A stretch of DNA of 64,000 nucleotides, taken from positions 5,344,001 through 5,408,000 of the forward strand of contig CAVTTN010000002.1 of assembly GCA_963737655.1 (NCBI GenBank), written 5' to 3'. The notes under the pieces were generated by a model that ran no database searches, was not told the origin of the DNA, and worked only from the letters and a program-made list of their open reading frames with translations. Below, one piece after another: positions 33,356 through 43,738 of this stretch. Numbering within the stretch: position 1 is the stretch's first letter; the number at the start of each line of letters is the position of its first letter. Origin of the DNA: an uncultured Planctomycetota bacterium. Lineage in GTDB: Bacteria > Planctomycetota > Planctomycetia > Isosphaerales > Isosphaeraceae. The position numbers and the translations under genes are program-made.

Positions 33356-33706
33356 TTAGATGGACGTGCCGGGCTCGACGGTCGGGGCGGCCGGATCGGA
33401 GTTCGCGTTGGCGATCGCGGCCTCGGCCGCCGCGGCGGCCTCCTGGGCCCGGCGACGGCGGACACGGACCCGCTTCTCGTCGGGCAGGCCGAGCTGGTTC
33501 TCTCGCTCCTGCATCGCGTGCCGGAGCCGGCGGGCCTCCGCCCCGATCTTCACGACCGACTTCTTCCGCAACTTGCGGATCTGGCTGCCCGACTTGTGGC
33601 TGTTCAGGTGCGACGACCCGCACCTCTTGTGCATGACCTTGCCGGTCGCCGTGACCGTGAACCGCTTCTTCGTCCCCTTGTGCGTCTTCATCTTGATCGA
33701 CGGCAT
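33356..33706 (-). CDS. rpmI: 50S ribosomal protein L35 with C-terminal extension
   Basis: KMKTHKGTKKRFTVTATGKV...HLNSHKS. Confidence 0.93.
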   Translation of the reverse strand: MPSIKMKTHKGTKKRFTVTATGKVMHKRCGSSHLNSHKSGSQIRKLRKKSVVKIGAEARRLRHAMQERENQLGLPDEKRVRVRRRRAQEAAAAAEAAIANANSDPAAPTVEPGTSI

Positions 33707-33801
33707 GACTCACCAACGCCTTCGGTTCAATTCGGTTCGAACGGGGACGAGATCGGCCCCGGGACGCGGGCCTCCTGGCCCGGATCGCGGGCGAGTCGAA
33801 C

Positions 33802-33830
33802 AATCTACCACATCGATCCGGCCAGTCCAA
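33802..33830 (-). promoter_or_regulatory. Putative sigma70 promoter for rpmI-rplT
   Basis: TTGGAC-N17-TAGATT with TG extension. Confidence 0.6.
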
Positions 33831-33856
33831 GGGGGTTTTCTGCCGATTCGGTCGGA

Positions 33857-34459
33857 TCAGCCCGGTCCTCCGGCTTGGGGGGGCGGGTCGGTCGCGATTC
33901 CGACCTTGGCGTAGACTTCGCGGAGCGGCAGGACGCAGCCGATCGACTCCAGGGGGGCCGTCGCGTCGAGCCCTCGGCATTCGACCGATTCCCAATCGTC
34001 GCCGCGGCGGATCCATCGTTCGAGGACCGCGACCTCCTGCGAAATCAAGATGTACTCCTGAAGCGATGGGATCGACCGATAGTTCCGCGCCTTCCGGCCC
34101 CGGTCGTAGGACTCGGTCGAGGGGGAGAGGACCTCGACGATCAGGGTCGGGTTGAGCAGGACGTCGAACTCGTCATCCTCGAACCTGGGCTCCTCGCAGA
34201 CCACGACGACGTCGGGATAGGTGTAGAGGCCGGTCGACTGGACGAGGACCCGCATGTCCGCGACGTAGACCTCGCCGGGGCGGTCCCGGAGCTCGGCCCG
34301 GAGCGCGGAGCCGACGTTCAAGGTGATCAGGTTATGCTTGCGGGTGGCTCCGGGCATCTCGACGATCTCGCCCTGGAAGAATTCGTGCTTGTTCGTGGCC
34401 GCTCGCTCCATCGCGAGGTATTCCCGGGGGGTATACAGCGTCTTGGCGGCCGAGGACAT
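33857..34459 (-). CDS. Uma2 (DUF820) family endonuclease-like protein
   Basis: YTPREYL, HEFFQGEIVEMPG, TYPDVVV, IVEVLSPSTESYDRG. Confidence 0.9.
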   Translation of the reverse strand: MSSAAKTLYTPREYLAMERAATNKHEFFQGEIVEMPGATRKHNLITLNVGSALRAELRDRPGEVYVADMRVLVQSTGLYTYPDVVVVCEEPRFEDDEFDVLLNPTLIVEVLSPSTESYDRGRKARNYRSIPSLQEYILISQEVAVLERWIRRGDDWESVECRGLDATAPLESIGCVLPLREVYAKVGIATDPPPQAGGPG

Positions 34460-34491
34460 GAGCACCCTCCGGGCGGGTTGGGTCGGGGTCG

Positions 34492-34965
34492 TCAGGGCGA
34501 GGCGGCGGGGCGGGCCTCGATCACGTCGAAGGTCACCGATTGGACGGGGGTGAGGTCCAGCGAGTGGCGGATCGTCCGCGACTCGCCGGGGGCGAGCTTG
34601 AGGATGGGGCCGATGGTCTCGTCGGAGACGATCCGATCGGCGTGGTCGTACGCCTGGACGCGGACGAACACATCGACCGGGACGGCGTTGGCGTTGTCCA
34701 GGGAGGCGGTGGCGTCCGTGCGTCGGCCGTCGGCCGAGGGGCGGAACCCGGTCGAGGTGGCGGTGACTCCGGCCGTCAATTTCGGGTCGATCCCGGGCCA
34801 GGCGGCGACGGTGCCGCCGATCACCGCGGCGATCGCCAGGGCCGCCAGGACCAGGACGGCGGCCGGGGGTCGGCGGATCAATCGGGCGTCGCAGGCCGGG
34901 CAATGCCGGGTCCTCTCGGGGAGGACGACCCGGCATGCCGGACAGACGATCGGCCCCGAGGCCAT
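34492..34965 (-). CDS. Zinc-ribbon + TM + small beta domain protein
   Basis: CPAC...CPAC, hydrophobic segment, LAPGESRT. Confidence 0.65.
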   Translation of the reverse strand: MASGPIVCPACRVVLPERTRHCPACDARLIRRPPAAVLVLAALAIAAVIGGTVAAWPGIDPKLTAGVTATSTGFRPSADGRRTDATASLDNANAVPVDVFVRVQAYDHADRIVSDETIGPILKLAPGESRTIRHSLDLTPVQSVTFDVIEARPAASP

Positions 34966-34987
34966 CGCGGGGTCTCCCGGCCGGGGT

Positions 34988-35521
<534 letters not shown>

Positions 35522-35670
35522 GGCGTCCTCCCCAGGACGGTTCTTCGAGGGTAGGCCCGGGTGGACGGGGGCGGCCTTGGCCCCGCGCTCGCACCGAGGG
35601 CCGGCGTCCCCATCCCTGGCGACCCCGCACCCGCGTGCGGGCCCGTCGCTCTCTCCGGGGGCAATCTCCG

Positions 35671-35699
35671 AGTGTAGGAATCGTGACGGCGGACGTCAA
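35671..35699 (-). promoter_or_regulatory. Putative sigma70 promoter for infC
   Basis: TTGACG-N17-TACACT. Confidence 0.7.
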
Positions 35700-37006
35700 G
35701 GGGCTTGTCGGGCCGATTCGGGGCCTTCGTCCTCGGTCCCCGGGTCGATCACGAGCCGGCGCACCCGGGGCGACGGCCGGCGGGGCGGCGCGGGGGTGAA
35801 GGCGGCGACGAGGTCCGGCAGGAGGAAGCCGAAGGCGAGCCCGGCGGTCGCGATCAAGCCGATCTCGACCGAGGCGGGGCGCTTCGCGGGGCGTTGGGCG
35901 ATCCGTCGGGGCCCGTCCGGCAGGCGGTCCGGGGCGGGCGTCGCGGGTCGAGGGGGGCTGGGTGCCCTGGGGGGATCGGCGCGGATGGCGATCGGCAGGC
36001 GGGGCGGCGTGGCGGCGCCGAGGAGGGGGACGCCGTCGGGGGATCGGAGCTGGACGAGGCCCTCGGGAGCGGCCGGGCGATCGGCCTCGGGGGCCTCGGC
36101 CGAGAGCCCGAGCAGGGCGAGGTCCAGGATGGCGGCATCGTTGCGGCCGACGGCGAAGGTCGGGTGGCCGTCGGCCAGGACTCCCGCGGCCGGGCCGGCG
36201 GAGCGGGTGGGCAACGGCCCGGCGGTGCCCGGGTCGTTGCCCAGGCCCTCGACCTGGGCCGGACTTGCGGCGAGGGTGTCCGTCCCGGGGACCGTCAGCG
36301 GGAGGCTCAGCAGGGGCGAGCCTTGCGGAGACTCCGGGACGTCCTCGATCGCGGCGTCCTGGCGGCCGATCTGGAGCAGGAAGGGCCCGGTGGGGTCCGA
36401 GCCGGAGTCCCCCCGGGAGATCCCGACCAGGAGGGTCGAGCCCGAGGCGCCCCGGCCGCTGGGATTGAGCTCGACGCTCAGCGAGCCTCCGGGGCCGGGC
36501 AGGTCCCACGAGCCGACGACCCGGCCGGCTTCGTCCATCAACCAGAGCTTGCCCCAACCGGAGGCCGCCTCGGGGACCTGGACGTCCACCCGGATCGACT
36601 GGGTCTCGGGCCGGACCGGCACGCGGAAGACCTGGACGCGGTCTCCGGCGGCGAGACCGCCGACGACCTGGGCCGTGGGGATGTCGGGCAGCTTTTGCAC
36701 CGGGCCGGGGCCGGTCGGGGGCCTGGCCGGCTCGGCCTCGACCTTCAGGCCGTCGGTGCTCACCGGCTGCCCCTTGATCGAGACGCGGGCGACGGTCCAC
36801 GAGGCGGGCGTCTCGGCCTTCTCGGCCGGGGCGACCTCGGCGGCCGGGGCGTCCACGGCGCCGAGCTTCGCCGTCTCGTGGGCCCCGGCCTTGGAGAGCA
36901 GGACCCGGGGCTCCAGGGCCTCGACGGTCCAGGGGGCCCGCCGCCGGACCTCGGACCGTCGGCCATCGTTCGGGGCGGGGGGGAGGAACATCCGTGGTGC
37001 CTTCAT
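35696..37006 (-). CDS. Hypothetical protein with LEPRxLL motif and C-terminal TM
   Basis: EALEPRVLLS near N-terminus; IGLIATAGLAFGFLL near C-terminus. Confidence 0.6.
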   Translation of the reverse strand: MKAPRMFLPPAPNDGRRSEVRRRAPWTVEALEPRVLLSKAGAHETAKLGAVDAPAAEVAPAEKAETPASWTVARVSIKGQPVSTDGLKVEAEPARPPTGPGPVQKLPDIPTAQVVGGLAAGDRVQVFRVPVRPETQSIRVDVQVPEAASGWGKLWLMDEAGRVVGSWDLPGPGGSLSVELNPSGRGASGSTLLVGISRGDSGSDPTGPFLLQIGRQDAAIEDVPESPQGSPLLSLPLTVPGTDTLAASPAQVEGLGNDPGTAGPLPTRSAGPAAGVLADGHPTFAVGRNDAAILDLALLGLSAEAPEADRPAAPEGLVQLRSPDGVPLLGAATPPRLPIAIRADPPRAPSPPRPATPAPDRLPDGPRRIAQRPAKRPASVEIGLIATAGLAFGFLLPDLVAAFTPAPPRRPSPRVRRLVIDPGTEDEGPESARQAP

Positions 37007-37298
37007 CGAGACCCGGTCCGGGCGCGTCTCCCGCGATCGGCCGCCCAGGACGAGCGGATCGGGCGGATCGGGCGGACGGGCCCGCGGCTTCGCTGGGGGC
37101 CCGACGGGCCCGGGGGGGACGAGGCCGCGGCGCTGATCCTAGCAAAGCCGGTCGGCCCTGTCGCCAGGTTTTTTTCCCGCGACCCCTCGGACCTTACCGG
37201 GCCGCGCCCGCCTTGAGCCGCCTCGCCCCGGCCGCTATAACCGGGCGAGACCTCACGGCCCGCGCCCCTGCCCGATCCACCCGCCAGGAGACCGACCG

Positions 37299-37739
37299 AT
37301 GCGCCTCCGAGCCCGATTCGCCACGCTCGCCGGACTGGCCGCCGCCGCGGCCACCGCCCTGATCGCCGCGGCTCCCTCCGCGAACCCGCCCAAGGCCCCG
37401 GAACGGGTCTTCGAGCTGCGGACCTACGTCGCCAACCCCGGCAAGCTCGGCGCCCTGAACGCCCGGTTCCGCGACCACACCTGCAAGCTCTTCCAGAAGC
37501 ACGGGATCGAGCTGATCGGCTTCTGGACCCCCCAGGACGACAAGGACGGCAAGGCCGATACCCTGATCTACGTCCTCGCCTACCCCAGCCGCGAGGCCGC
37601 CAAGAAGTCGTGGGAAGCTTTTGGCAACGACCCCGAATGGAAGAAGGCCCGCGAGGAGAGCGAGAAGGACGGCAAGATCCTCGCCAAGCCCCCCACCTCC
37701 GTCTACCTCGACCCCACGGACTACAGCCCGATCAAGTGA
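37299..37739 (+). CDS. NIPSNAP family protein
   Basis: FELRTY, RFRDHT, LIYVLAY, F..DPEW, PTDYSP. Confidence 0.92.
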   Translation: MRLRARFATLAGLAAAAATALIAAAPSANPPKAPERVFELRTYVANPGKLGALNARFRDHTCKLFQKHGIELIGFWTPQDDKDGKADTLIYVLAYPSREAAKKSWEAFGNDPEWKKAREESEKDGKILAKPPTSVYLDPTDYSPIK

Positions 37740-37750
37740 GCGAAGCTCGC

Positions 37751-37837
37751 GTGGCATGCCCACGTCTTCGTGGGCATGTCTTCCTGGATTCTTCACGATC
37801 CACCAAAGACATGCCCACGAAGACGTGGGCATGCCAC
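37751..37837. repeat. Inverted pair, CGTCTTCG-core family (GTGGCATGCCCACGTCTTCGTGGGCATGTC)
   Basis: 30-bp perfect inverted pair. Confidence 0.85.
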
Positions 37838-37875
37838 CCGGGACTCCCTTCGTCGCCACTCCGCGAGGCCCGACT

Positions 37876-38838
37876 GTGAGCGTTGATCTGGCCGACATCC
37901 TCGCCGCCGCCGAGCGCATCCGGCCGTGGGCCCATGTGACCCCGACCTTGACCTCGACCACCCTGGACGAGCTCGCGGGCGGCTCGATCGTCCTGAAGTG
38001 CGAGAATTTCCAGAAGGTGGGGGCGTTCAAGTTCCGGGGGGCGATGAACGCGGTCCTCCAGTTGGAAGAATCGGAGAGGGCCGCCGGGGTGATCACCCAT
38101 TCCTCGGGCAACCATGCCCAGGCTCTGGCCCTGGCCGGTCGATTGGCGGGCGTGCCGGTCTGCGTGGTCATGCCCCGGACCGCCCCGGCGATCAAACGGG
38201 CCGCGACCGAAGGCTATGGCGCGAGGGTCGTCCCGTGCGAGCCGACTTTGGCCGATCGCGAGGCCACCGTCGATCGCCTGAGGGCCGAGCACGGCTACGC
38301 GCTGGTCCACCCTTACGACGACTGGCGGGTGATCGCCGGCCAGGGGACCGCCGCCCTCGAATTGCTGGAGCAAGCCGGGCCGCTCGACGCCGTGGTCACC
38401 CCTTGCGGGGGCGGCGGATTGCTCTCGGGGACGGCCATCGCCGTGAAGGGAACCTCGCCCGGCACCAGGGTTTACGGGGCCGAGCCCGAGGCGGCCGACG
38501 ACGCCCGGCGGTCCCTGATCGAGGGCCGGATCCTCCCCTCGCCCGACCCGAAGACCGTGGCCGACGGCCTGAGGACGTCCCTGGGCGAGCGCGATTTCTC
38601 GGTGATCCGCCGCCTGGTGGACGGGATCGGCACGGCGAGCGAGGCGGAGATCCTCGACGCCATGCGGTTCCTCTGGGAACGGCTCAAGATCGTGATCGAA
38701 CCGTCGTGCGCCGTGCCGGTTGCGGCGATCTTGAACGGAAGGATCGACGCGAGGGGGAAGCGCGTGGGCGTGATCCTCTCGGGCGGCAACGTCGATGTCG
38801 GGCCGATGTTCGAGAGCCTGAGGGCCCGATTTCTTTGA
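37876..38838 (+). CDS. PLP-dependent threonine/serine dehydratase (serine racemase-like)
   Basis: KCENFQKVGAFKFRGA, HSSGNHAQ, GGGGLLSG, SGGNVD. Confidence 0.92.
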   Translation: MSVDLADILAAAERIRPWAHVTPTLTSTTLDELAGGSIVLKCENFQKVGAFKFRGAMNAVLQLEESERAAGVITHSSGNHAQALALAGRLAGVPVCVVMPRTAPAIKRAATEGYGARVVPCEPTLADREATVDRLRAEHGYALVHPYDDWRVIAGQGTAALELLEQAGPLDAVVTPCGGGGLLSGTAIAVKGTSPGTRVYGAEPEAADDARRSLIEGRILPSPDPKTVADGLRTSLGERDFSVIRRLVDGIGTASEAEILDAMRFLWERLKIVIEPSCAVPVAAILNGRIDARGKRVGVILSGGNVDVGPMFESLRARFL

Positions 38839-38848
38839 ATGGGACCGC

Positions 38849-38895
38849 CGAGAACCCCTCGTTCCCACGGTCTCCGTGGGAACGAGGGGTTCTCG
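38849..38895. repeat. 22-bp perfect hairpin between convergent genes (CTCGTTCCCACG type)
   Basis: CGAGAACCCCTCGTTCCCACGG-TCT-CCGTGGGAACGAGGGGTTCTCG. Confidence 0.85.
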
Positions 38896-38931
38896 ATCCG
38901 TCCAGGAAGAGGGCGCCTCGTCATTCCGGCC

Positions 38932-40677
38932 CTATCGGGTCGTCTCGACGATCCAGTCGCCGATGACCTTCAGGGCGTCGGGGCTGAAGGTCTCTTCGAT
39001 CTTGGAGTACTCGGCCGGGGAGCCGGTCTTGCACGTCTGGAAGAGGTGGTTGAGGCCGGGGAATTCCCGGATCGTGAATTTGGCATTGCCTCCGGCCTTC
39101 AGCGCCTTTTCGATCTCGGGGAGGCTCTGGCCCGGCGGGACTTGCAGGTCCTTTTCGCCGTTGACCGCCAGGACCGGGCATTTCACCTTCGCCAGGGTCG
39201 GCCGGGGGTCGTAGCTGAGGAAGTAGCGGAACCAGGGGGTCTTGACCAGGTTGAGCTGGCCCTCGACGGTCTTCGTCGGGTCCTTGCCCAGCTCCTTGAG
39301 CTCGTCGGCGGAGAGGTTCGCGAGGAGTTCTTTCGTGAGGACGTCCAGCGCCTTCTCCAGGGCGGCGGGGTCGGTCTGGGTCCGGATCGCGGCGAAGATT
39401 TTCCGGTTCTGGGCGACGCTCTTCTCGATGGCTTCGGGCTTGCCGCCCAGCGCCTTGGCGATCAGGGCGCTTTGGGCGAAGAGGATCTCATCGCCCGGGA
39501 CGCCCGGACCGGCCAGGAGGACGAGGAAGGCGATGTCGTCGGGCAGGTCGGCGGCGACCATCGGGGCGATCAGGCCGCCCTCGCTGTGGCCCATCAGGCC
39601 GATCTTTTTCGGGTCGGCTTCCTTGCGGGTCTTGAGGAATGCCACGCCCGCCTTCACGTCGGAGGCGAAATCGACGCTGGTGGCCTTGCCGTGGTCGCCG
39701 GTGGACTTCCCCACGCCCCGATCATCGAACCGGAGGACGGCGATCCCCTTGCGGGTCAGGTCGTCGGCCAGGACGAGGAACGGCTTGTGGCCCAGCAAGG
39801 TCTCGTCGCGGTCCTGGGGGCCGGAGCCGGAGATCAGGACCACCGAGGGGAACGGCCCGGGGCCTTCGGGGACGGTGAACGTCCCGGCGAGCGAGAGCCC
39901 GGCCTCCTTGTTCGGGTACTCGACCTCGATCTCGCGATAGGGGAACGGCGGCTTGGGGACCTGGGTCCTCTTGGGGCCTTCGGAGGGCTTGTCGGTCCTC
40001 TTCAGGGTCAGCGGCAGGCTCTGGCCGAGCTGCTGGAACGTCCCCTTGGCCTCGGTCCCGGCGTCGTCGAGCGTCCCGGAGAACTCGGCGCCGAGGACCG
40101 GCACCTTGAAGGCCAGGGCCTTCTTGTCGAGGGTCGCGGTCTCGACCTTGATCCCCTTGGCGCCCTGGTCGGGGCTGTCCAGGGTCGCCTTGAAGGCGCC
40201 GTCGGCCTGCTTGAACAGGTTGATCACCAGGCGGATCTCGATGCCTCCCTGGAGCGCCAGGGGGCCTTCCCAGATCTGGTCGGGCTTCGCGGGGGGCTGG
40301 GCCTTGGCGGTCGTCCGGGCGAGGGCCAGCGGGTACGACTTGCCGAGCTGGGTCCACTCTCCTTCGATCTTCGAGCCGTCGGCGGCGATCTTGCCCTTGT
40401 ACTGGCCCTTGAGCGTGGGGACGTCGAGCGAGACGGCGTCCTCGACCTGCTCGGCGGTCTTCACGGCGAGGCCCAGGACCCCCTGATCGGGGCTGTCGAA
40501 GGTGGCGGAGAGCTTGCCGGCGGCCTCCTTGACGTGGAAGACCATCGTCAGGGAGATGGCGTCGGTGACCTTCATCGTCCCTTCCCAGTCGCCGACGAGC
40601 TTCGGCGGGTCGGCGGCCCGGCCCGGGCTCGGGACCAGGGCGATCAGGGCGGCGATCGTGAGCAGGGTCGTCCTCAT
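38932..40677 (-). CDS. Secreted alpha/beta hydrolase with two N-terminal repeat domains
   Basis: Signal peptide; two WEG...DSPDQG domains; SGSGPQDRDE, GHSEGG, GEKD, NHLFQ. Confidence 0.9.
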   Translation of the reverse strand: MRTTLLTIAALIALVPSPGRAADPPKLVGDWEGTMKVTDAISLTMVFHVKEAAGKLSATFDSPDQGVLGLAVKTAEQVEDAVSLDVPTLKGQYKGKIAADGSKIEGEWTQLGKSYPLALARTTAKAQPPAKPDQIWEGPLALQGGIEIRLVINLFKQADGAFKATLDSPDQGAKGIKVETATLDKKALAFKVPVLGAEFSGTLDDAGTEAKGTFQQLGQSLPLTLKRTDKPSEGPKRTQVPKPPFPYREIEVEYPNKEAGLSLAGTFTVPEGPGPFPSVVLISGSGPQDRDETLLGHKPFLVLADDLTRKGIAVLRFDDRGVGKSTGDHGKATSVDFASDVKAGVAFLKTRKEADPKKIGLMGHSEGGLIAPMVAADLPDDIAFLVLLAGPGVPGDEILFAQSALIAKALGGKPEAIEKSVAQNRKIFAAIRTQTDPAALEKALDVLTKELLANLSADELKELGKDPTKTVEGQLNLVKTPWFRYFLSYDPRPTLAKVKCPVLAVNGEKDLQVPPGQSLPEIEKALKAGGNAKFTIREFPGLNHLFQTCKTGSPAEYSKIEETFSPDALKVIGDWIVETTR

Positions 40678-40836
40678 CGGTGCATTCTCCAAGGTCCTCG
40701 CCCGAGGGCCTCGGGGCGGCCTCGCCCCGCCTCGCGGCGAATCTGGTAACATCGGTTCGTCGCCCGACCGCCAGTCTTTCCCCAGGGCGCCGAGATTTTT
40801 CGGACGCCCGCCCGCCCGGACCGGAGCCCGATCGCC

Positions 40837-41334
40837 GTGCCCGATTCCCATTCGTTCGACATCGTCAGCGAGATCAACCACGCCGAGATGCATAACGCCG
40901 TGGTCCAGGCCCAGCACGAGATCGCCGTCCGCTACGACTTCAAGGGGACCCGCGCCGCCATCGAGTTCAACAAGAAGGACGAGGCCCTCACCCTCACGGC
41001 CGACCACAAGGGCCAGCTCGACGCGGTAGTTCAGGTCCTCAAGGAGAAGATGGCCAAGCGGGGCGTCCCGGTCAATGCCCTGAAGCGCGGGAAGCTGGAA
41101 GAGGCCACTCACGACTCGGTGCGCGAGACCATGACCCTGCATACCGGCATCGACAAGGACAGCGCCCGGGAGATGGTCAAGACCATCAAGGGCCTCGGGG
41201 CAAAAGTCCAGGCGCAGATCATGGAGGAAAAAGTCCGCGTGACCGGCAAGAAGAAGGACGACCTCCAGACCGTGATCGCCCATTTCCGCGAGCACGCCCC
41301 GGAATTCCCGATCCAGTTCGTCAACTTCACCTGA
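40837..41334 (+). CDS. yajQ: YajQ family nucleotide-binding protein
   Basis: SFDIVSE, RYDFKG, VRVTGKKKDDLQ, QFVNF. Confidence 0.93.
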   Translation: MPDSHSFDIVSEINHAEMHNAVVQAQHEIAVRYDFKGTRAAIEFNKKDEALTLTADHKGQLDAVVQVLKEKMAKRGVPVNALKRGKLEEATHDSVRETMTLHTGIDKDSAREMVKTIKGLGAKVQAQIMEEKVRVTGKKKDDLQTVIAHFREHAPEFPIQFVNFT

Positions 41335-41442
41335 CCGGCACCGCTTCGCCCGGTCGCGCCGCCCGCCCCTTGCTCGCCGTTTCGGGCCTTGAAACGTCGA
41401 TGCGGCCCGCCTGGCGTTCCGATGATGGAACCTTGAAGAGAT

Positions 41443-41633
41443 CAACCGCCAAGACGCCAAGGGCGCCAAGGGGAGACGAGAGGAAGAGGAGGAAGCGGCA
41501 GAGGAAGGAAACCGAAACGCAGATTTCGCAGATTTGAAGCCGAATCACGTTCTTAAATCTGCGTAATCTGCGTTTCAAACTCCCTCTCTTCTTCTCTCGT
41601 CTCCCCTTGGCGCTCTTGGCATCTTGGCGGTTG
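41443..41633. repeat. Nested inverted 9-mer repeat element (CGCCAAGNN outer, CGCAGATTN inner)
   Basis: CAACCGCCAAGACGCCAAGGGCGCCAAG / CTTGGCGCTCTTGGCATCTTGGCGGTTG enclosing AAACGCAGATTTCGCAGATTT / AAATCTGCGTAATCTGCGTTT. Confidence 0.85.
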
Positions 41634-41679
41634 GTACCGAAAGCTTCCCCAGGCGAGCCAGGGCAAAGGAGGGCCAACG

Positions 41680-42847
41680 ATGGGCTTCTTGAACGGCAGG
41701 GTCACGTACGTGAGGTATCGGGTCGGCGGCGAGGGGCCGTTGCCGTTCGGCGAGGACATCCTGGAGAAGATCGACCTCCACGCGGTCGGCAAGCACGGGA
41801 TGGGCGACCCGGCCGACGGCGTCACGTTCGGCTGGTCGGGCGGCGACCACGTCCTGGACACGAGCTTCTCGGCCGAGAAGAACGTGATCAACGACGCCCT
41901 CCACCTGGCCATCCGGATCGACACCGACAAGATCCCCGGCGACCTCCTCCGGGCCTATACCAAGATCGAGACCGACGCCCGCGCCGCCCTGAGCCCCAGC
42001 GGGTTCGCGAACAAGGCCCAGAAGCAGGAGGCGAAGGAGGCGGCGCGCGTCCGGGCCGAGGCCGAGTCGGCCGACGGCCGGTTCCGCCGCCGCAAGCATT
42101 ACCCCGTGCTCTGGGACGGCCAGACCAACACCCTGTTCGCGGGGACCACCTCCGCCTCGGTCCTCGACCGCTTGCAGGGCCTCTTCCGCGACACCTTCGA
42201 CCGCCCCCTGGAGCTGATCTCCGCCGGGAACCTCGCCGGCTCCCAGGCCGAGATCCGAGGGGCTCGGCCGATCGGTCGAGGAGTTCCTGCCCGCCGTGTT
42301 CCTCGGCGAGGAAAAAGACGGCCTGGCGACCGTCGCCTGGGCCGACGCCGACCTCTCCCGCCCGGATTATTTCGGCAACGAGTTCCTCCTCTGGCTCTGG
42401 CACACGCTGCAGAACGACGGCGACACGATCGCCCTGCCGGACGGCTCCGAGGGGACGGTCATGCTGGCCAAGACCCTCACTCTGGACTGCCCCCGGGGCA
42501 TGACCGGCCGCGACAGCCTCACGGATGAGGGGCCGACCCGGCTTCCCGAGGCGTTCCGGGCGCTGCAGTCGGGCAAGCTGCCGAGGAAGGCGGGCTTGAT
42601 CCTGGTCCGCCACGGGGCGCAGTACGAATTCACCTTGCAGGCCGAGACGCTGGCGATTTCGGGCCTGCAACTGCCGAAGGCCGAGGGGGCCTCGGGCGAC
42701 GAGGCGAAGGTGGCGAGGATCGACGGCCTGAGACATCTGGTCGAAACCCTGGACCTCCTGTACGATGCGTTCGGCAGCCGCCGGACCGGGCCGGACTGGG
42801 CCGGCGACCTCGGACGGATCCGCCGCTGGCTCCTTGCGGCGGCCTGA
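41680..42847 (+). CDS. RdgC-like protein (frameshift ~42262)
   Basis: MGFLNG.VT, FGW, IRIDTDKIP, GNEFLLWLW, EAFRALQSGKLPRK resemble RdgC-like proteins. Confidence 0.6.
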
Positions 42848-42860
42848 CACTCGGAGGAAG

Positions 42861-42994
42861 AGTGGGCAGTGGGCAGTGGGCAGTGGGCAGTGAGAAGACG
42901 GGGAGAATCCCCGGCCCGAAACCCGCCCCGGGCGACCCTCGGCGCCTCGCTCCGTCTCCTCACTGCCCACTGCCCACCGCCCACGGCCCACTGC
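42861..42994. repeat. Inverted heptamer arrays (GCAGTGG)n ... (CCACTGC)n
   Basis: Read directly; complementarity extends into CAGTGAGAAGACGG / CCGTCTCCTCACTG. Confidence 0.9.
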
Positions 42995-43001
42995 GGAAAG
43001 A

Positions 43002-43700
43002 GTGGGTAACTACCGCCAGCACCTCACGTTCTCGAGCCTCCTGGGCGTGGCCTACGCCTGGGGGGCTTACGCATTGGCGGGGCTTCACTGGATTTACGGC
43101 ACCGTCGCGGCCCTGCTGACGATGATCTCCGGGCTCCTGCCGGACCTCGACCACCCCATCGGCGTCGAGCTCCGGGGATTCACGGGCATCCTCGCCGTGC
43201 TGTCGGCGGTCGCGGTGTGGCATCGGGTCGGGCGGCGCGAGCCCGACATCGCCTTCGAGGTCCATCTCTGGGCGGTCGTGGCGGCCTACGTGTTCGTCCG
43301 CTACGGAGTCCGCCGGATGCTGGCCCGGCTGATGGTCCACCGGGGGATCAGCCATAGTTTCCCCACCTGCGCGGTCTGGGGCGCGGTGGCGTACTTGTAT
43401 TATCCCTCGGATTATCAGTTGATTCGGATGATGATGGCCGCGGCGGTGGTGATCGGCTTCCTGTCGCACCTGGTCCTCGACGAGGTTTTCAGCGTGGACC
43501 TCCACGGGGCGAAGTTGAAGAAGTCGTTCGGCACGGCGATGAAGTTCTGGGCGCCGTCGCCCTGGGCCACCCTGGCGATGTACGCCTTGCTGAGCTTCCT
43601 CGCCTGGAAGGTCATCCAGGAATGGCCCGACGAGCCCCTCCGGGCGATCCTCGGCGAGAGGATCGAGCCGCCCAGGGTGCCGTGGTCCCGAAATCCCTGA
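43002..43700 (+). CDS. Membrane-bound metal-dependent hydrolase (YdjM-like)
   Basis: H near N-terminus, LLPDLD, HRGISHS, SHLVLD. Confidence 0.85.
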   Translation: MGNYRQHLTFSSLLGVAYAWGAYALAGLHWIYGTVAALLTMISGLLPDLDHPIGVELRGFTGILAVLSAVAVWHRVGRREPDIAFEVHLWAVVAAYVFVRYGVRRMLARLMVHRGISHSFPTCAVWGAVAYLYYPSDYQLIRMMMAAAVVIGFLSHLVLDEVFSVDLHGAKLKKSFGTAMKFWAPSPWATLAMYALLSFLAWKVIQEWPDEPLRAILGERIEPPRVPWSRNP

Positions 43701-43738
43701 ATTCCCACCCCGAGATCGGCCCGGAGCCGCCGAAGTTT

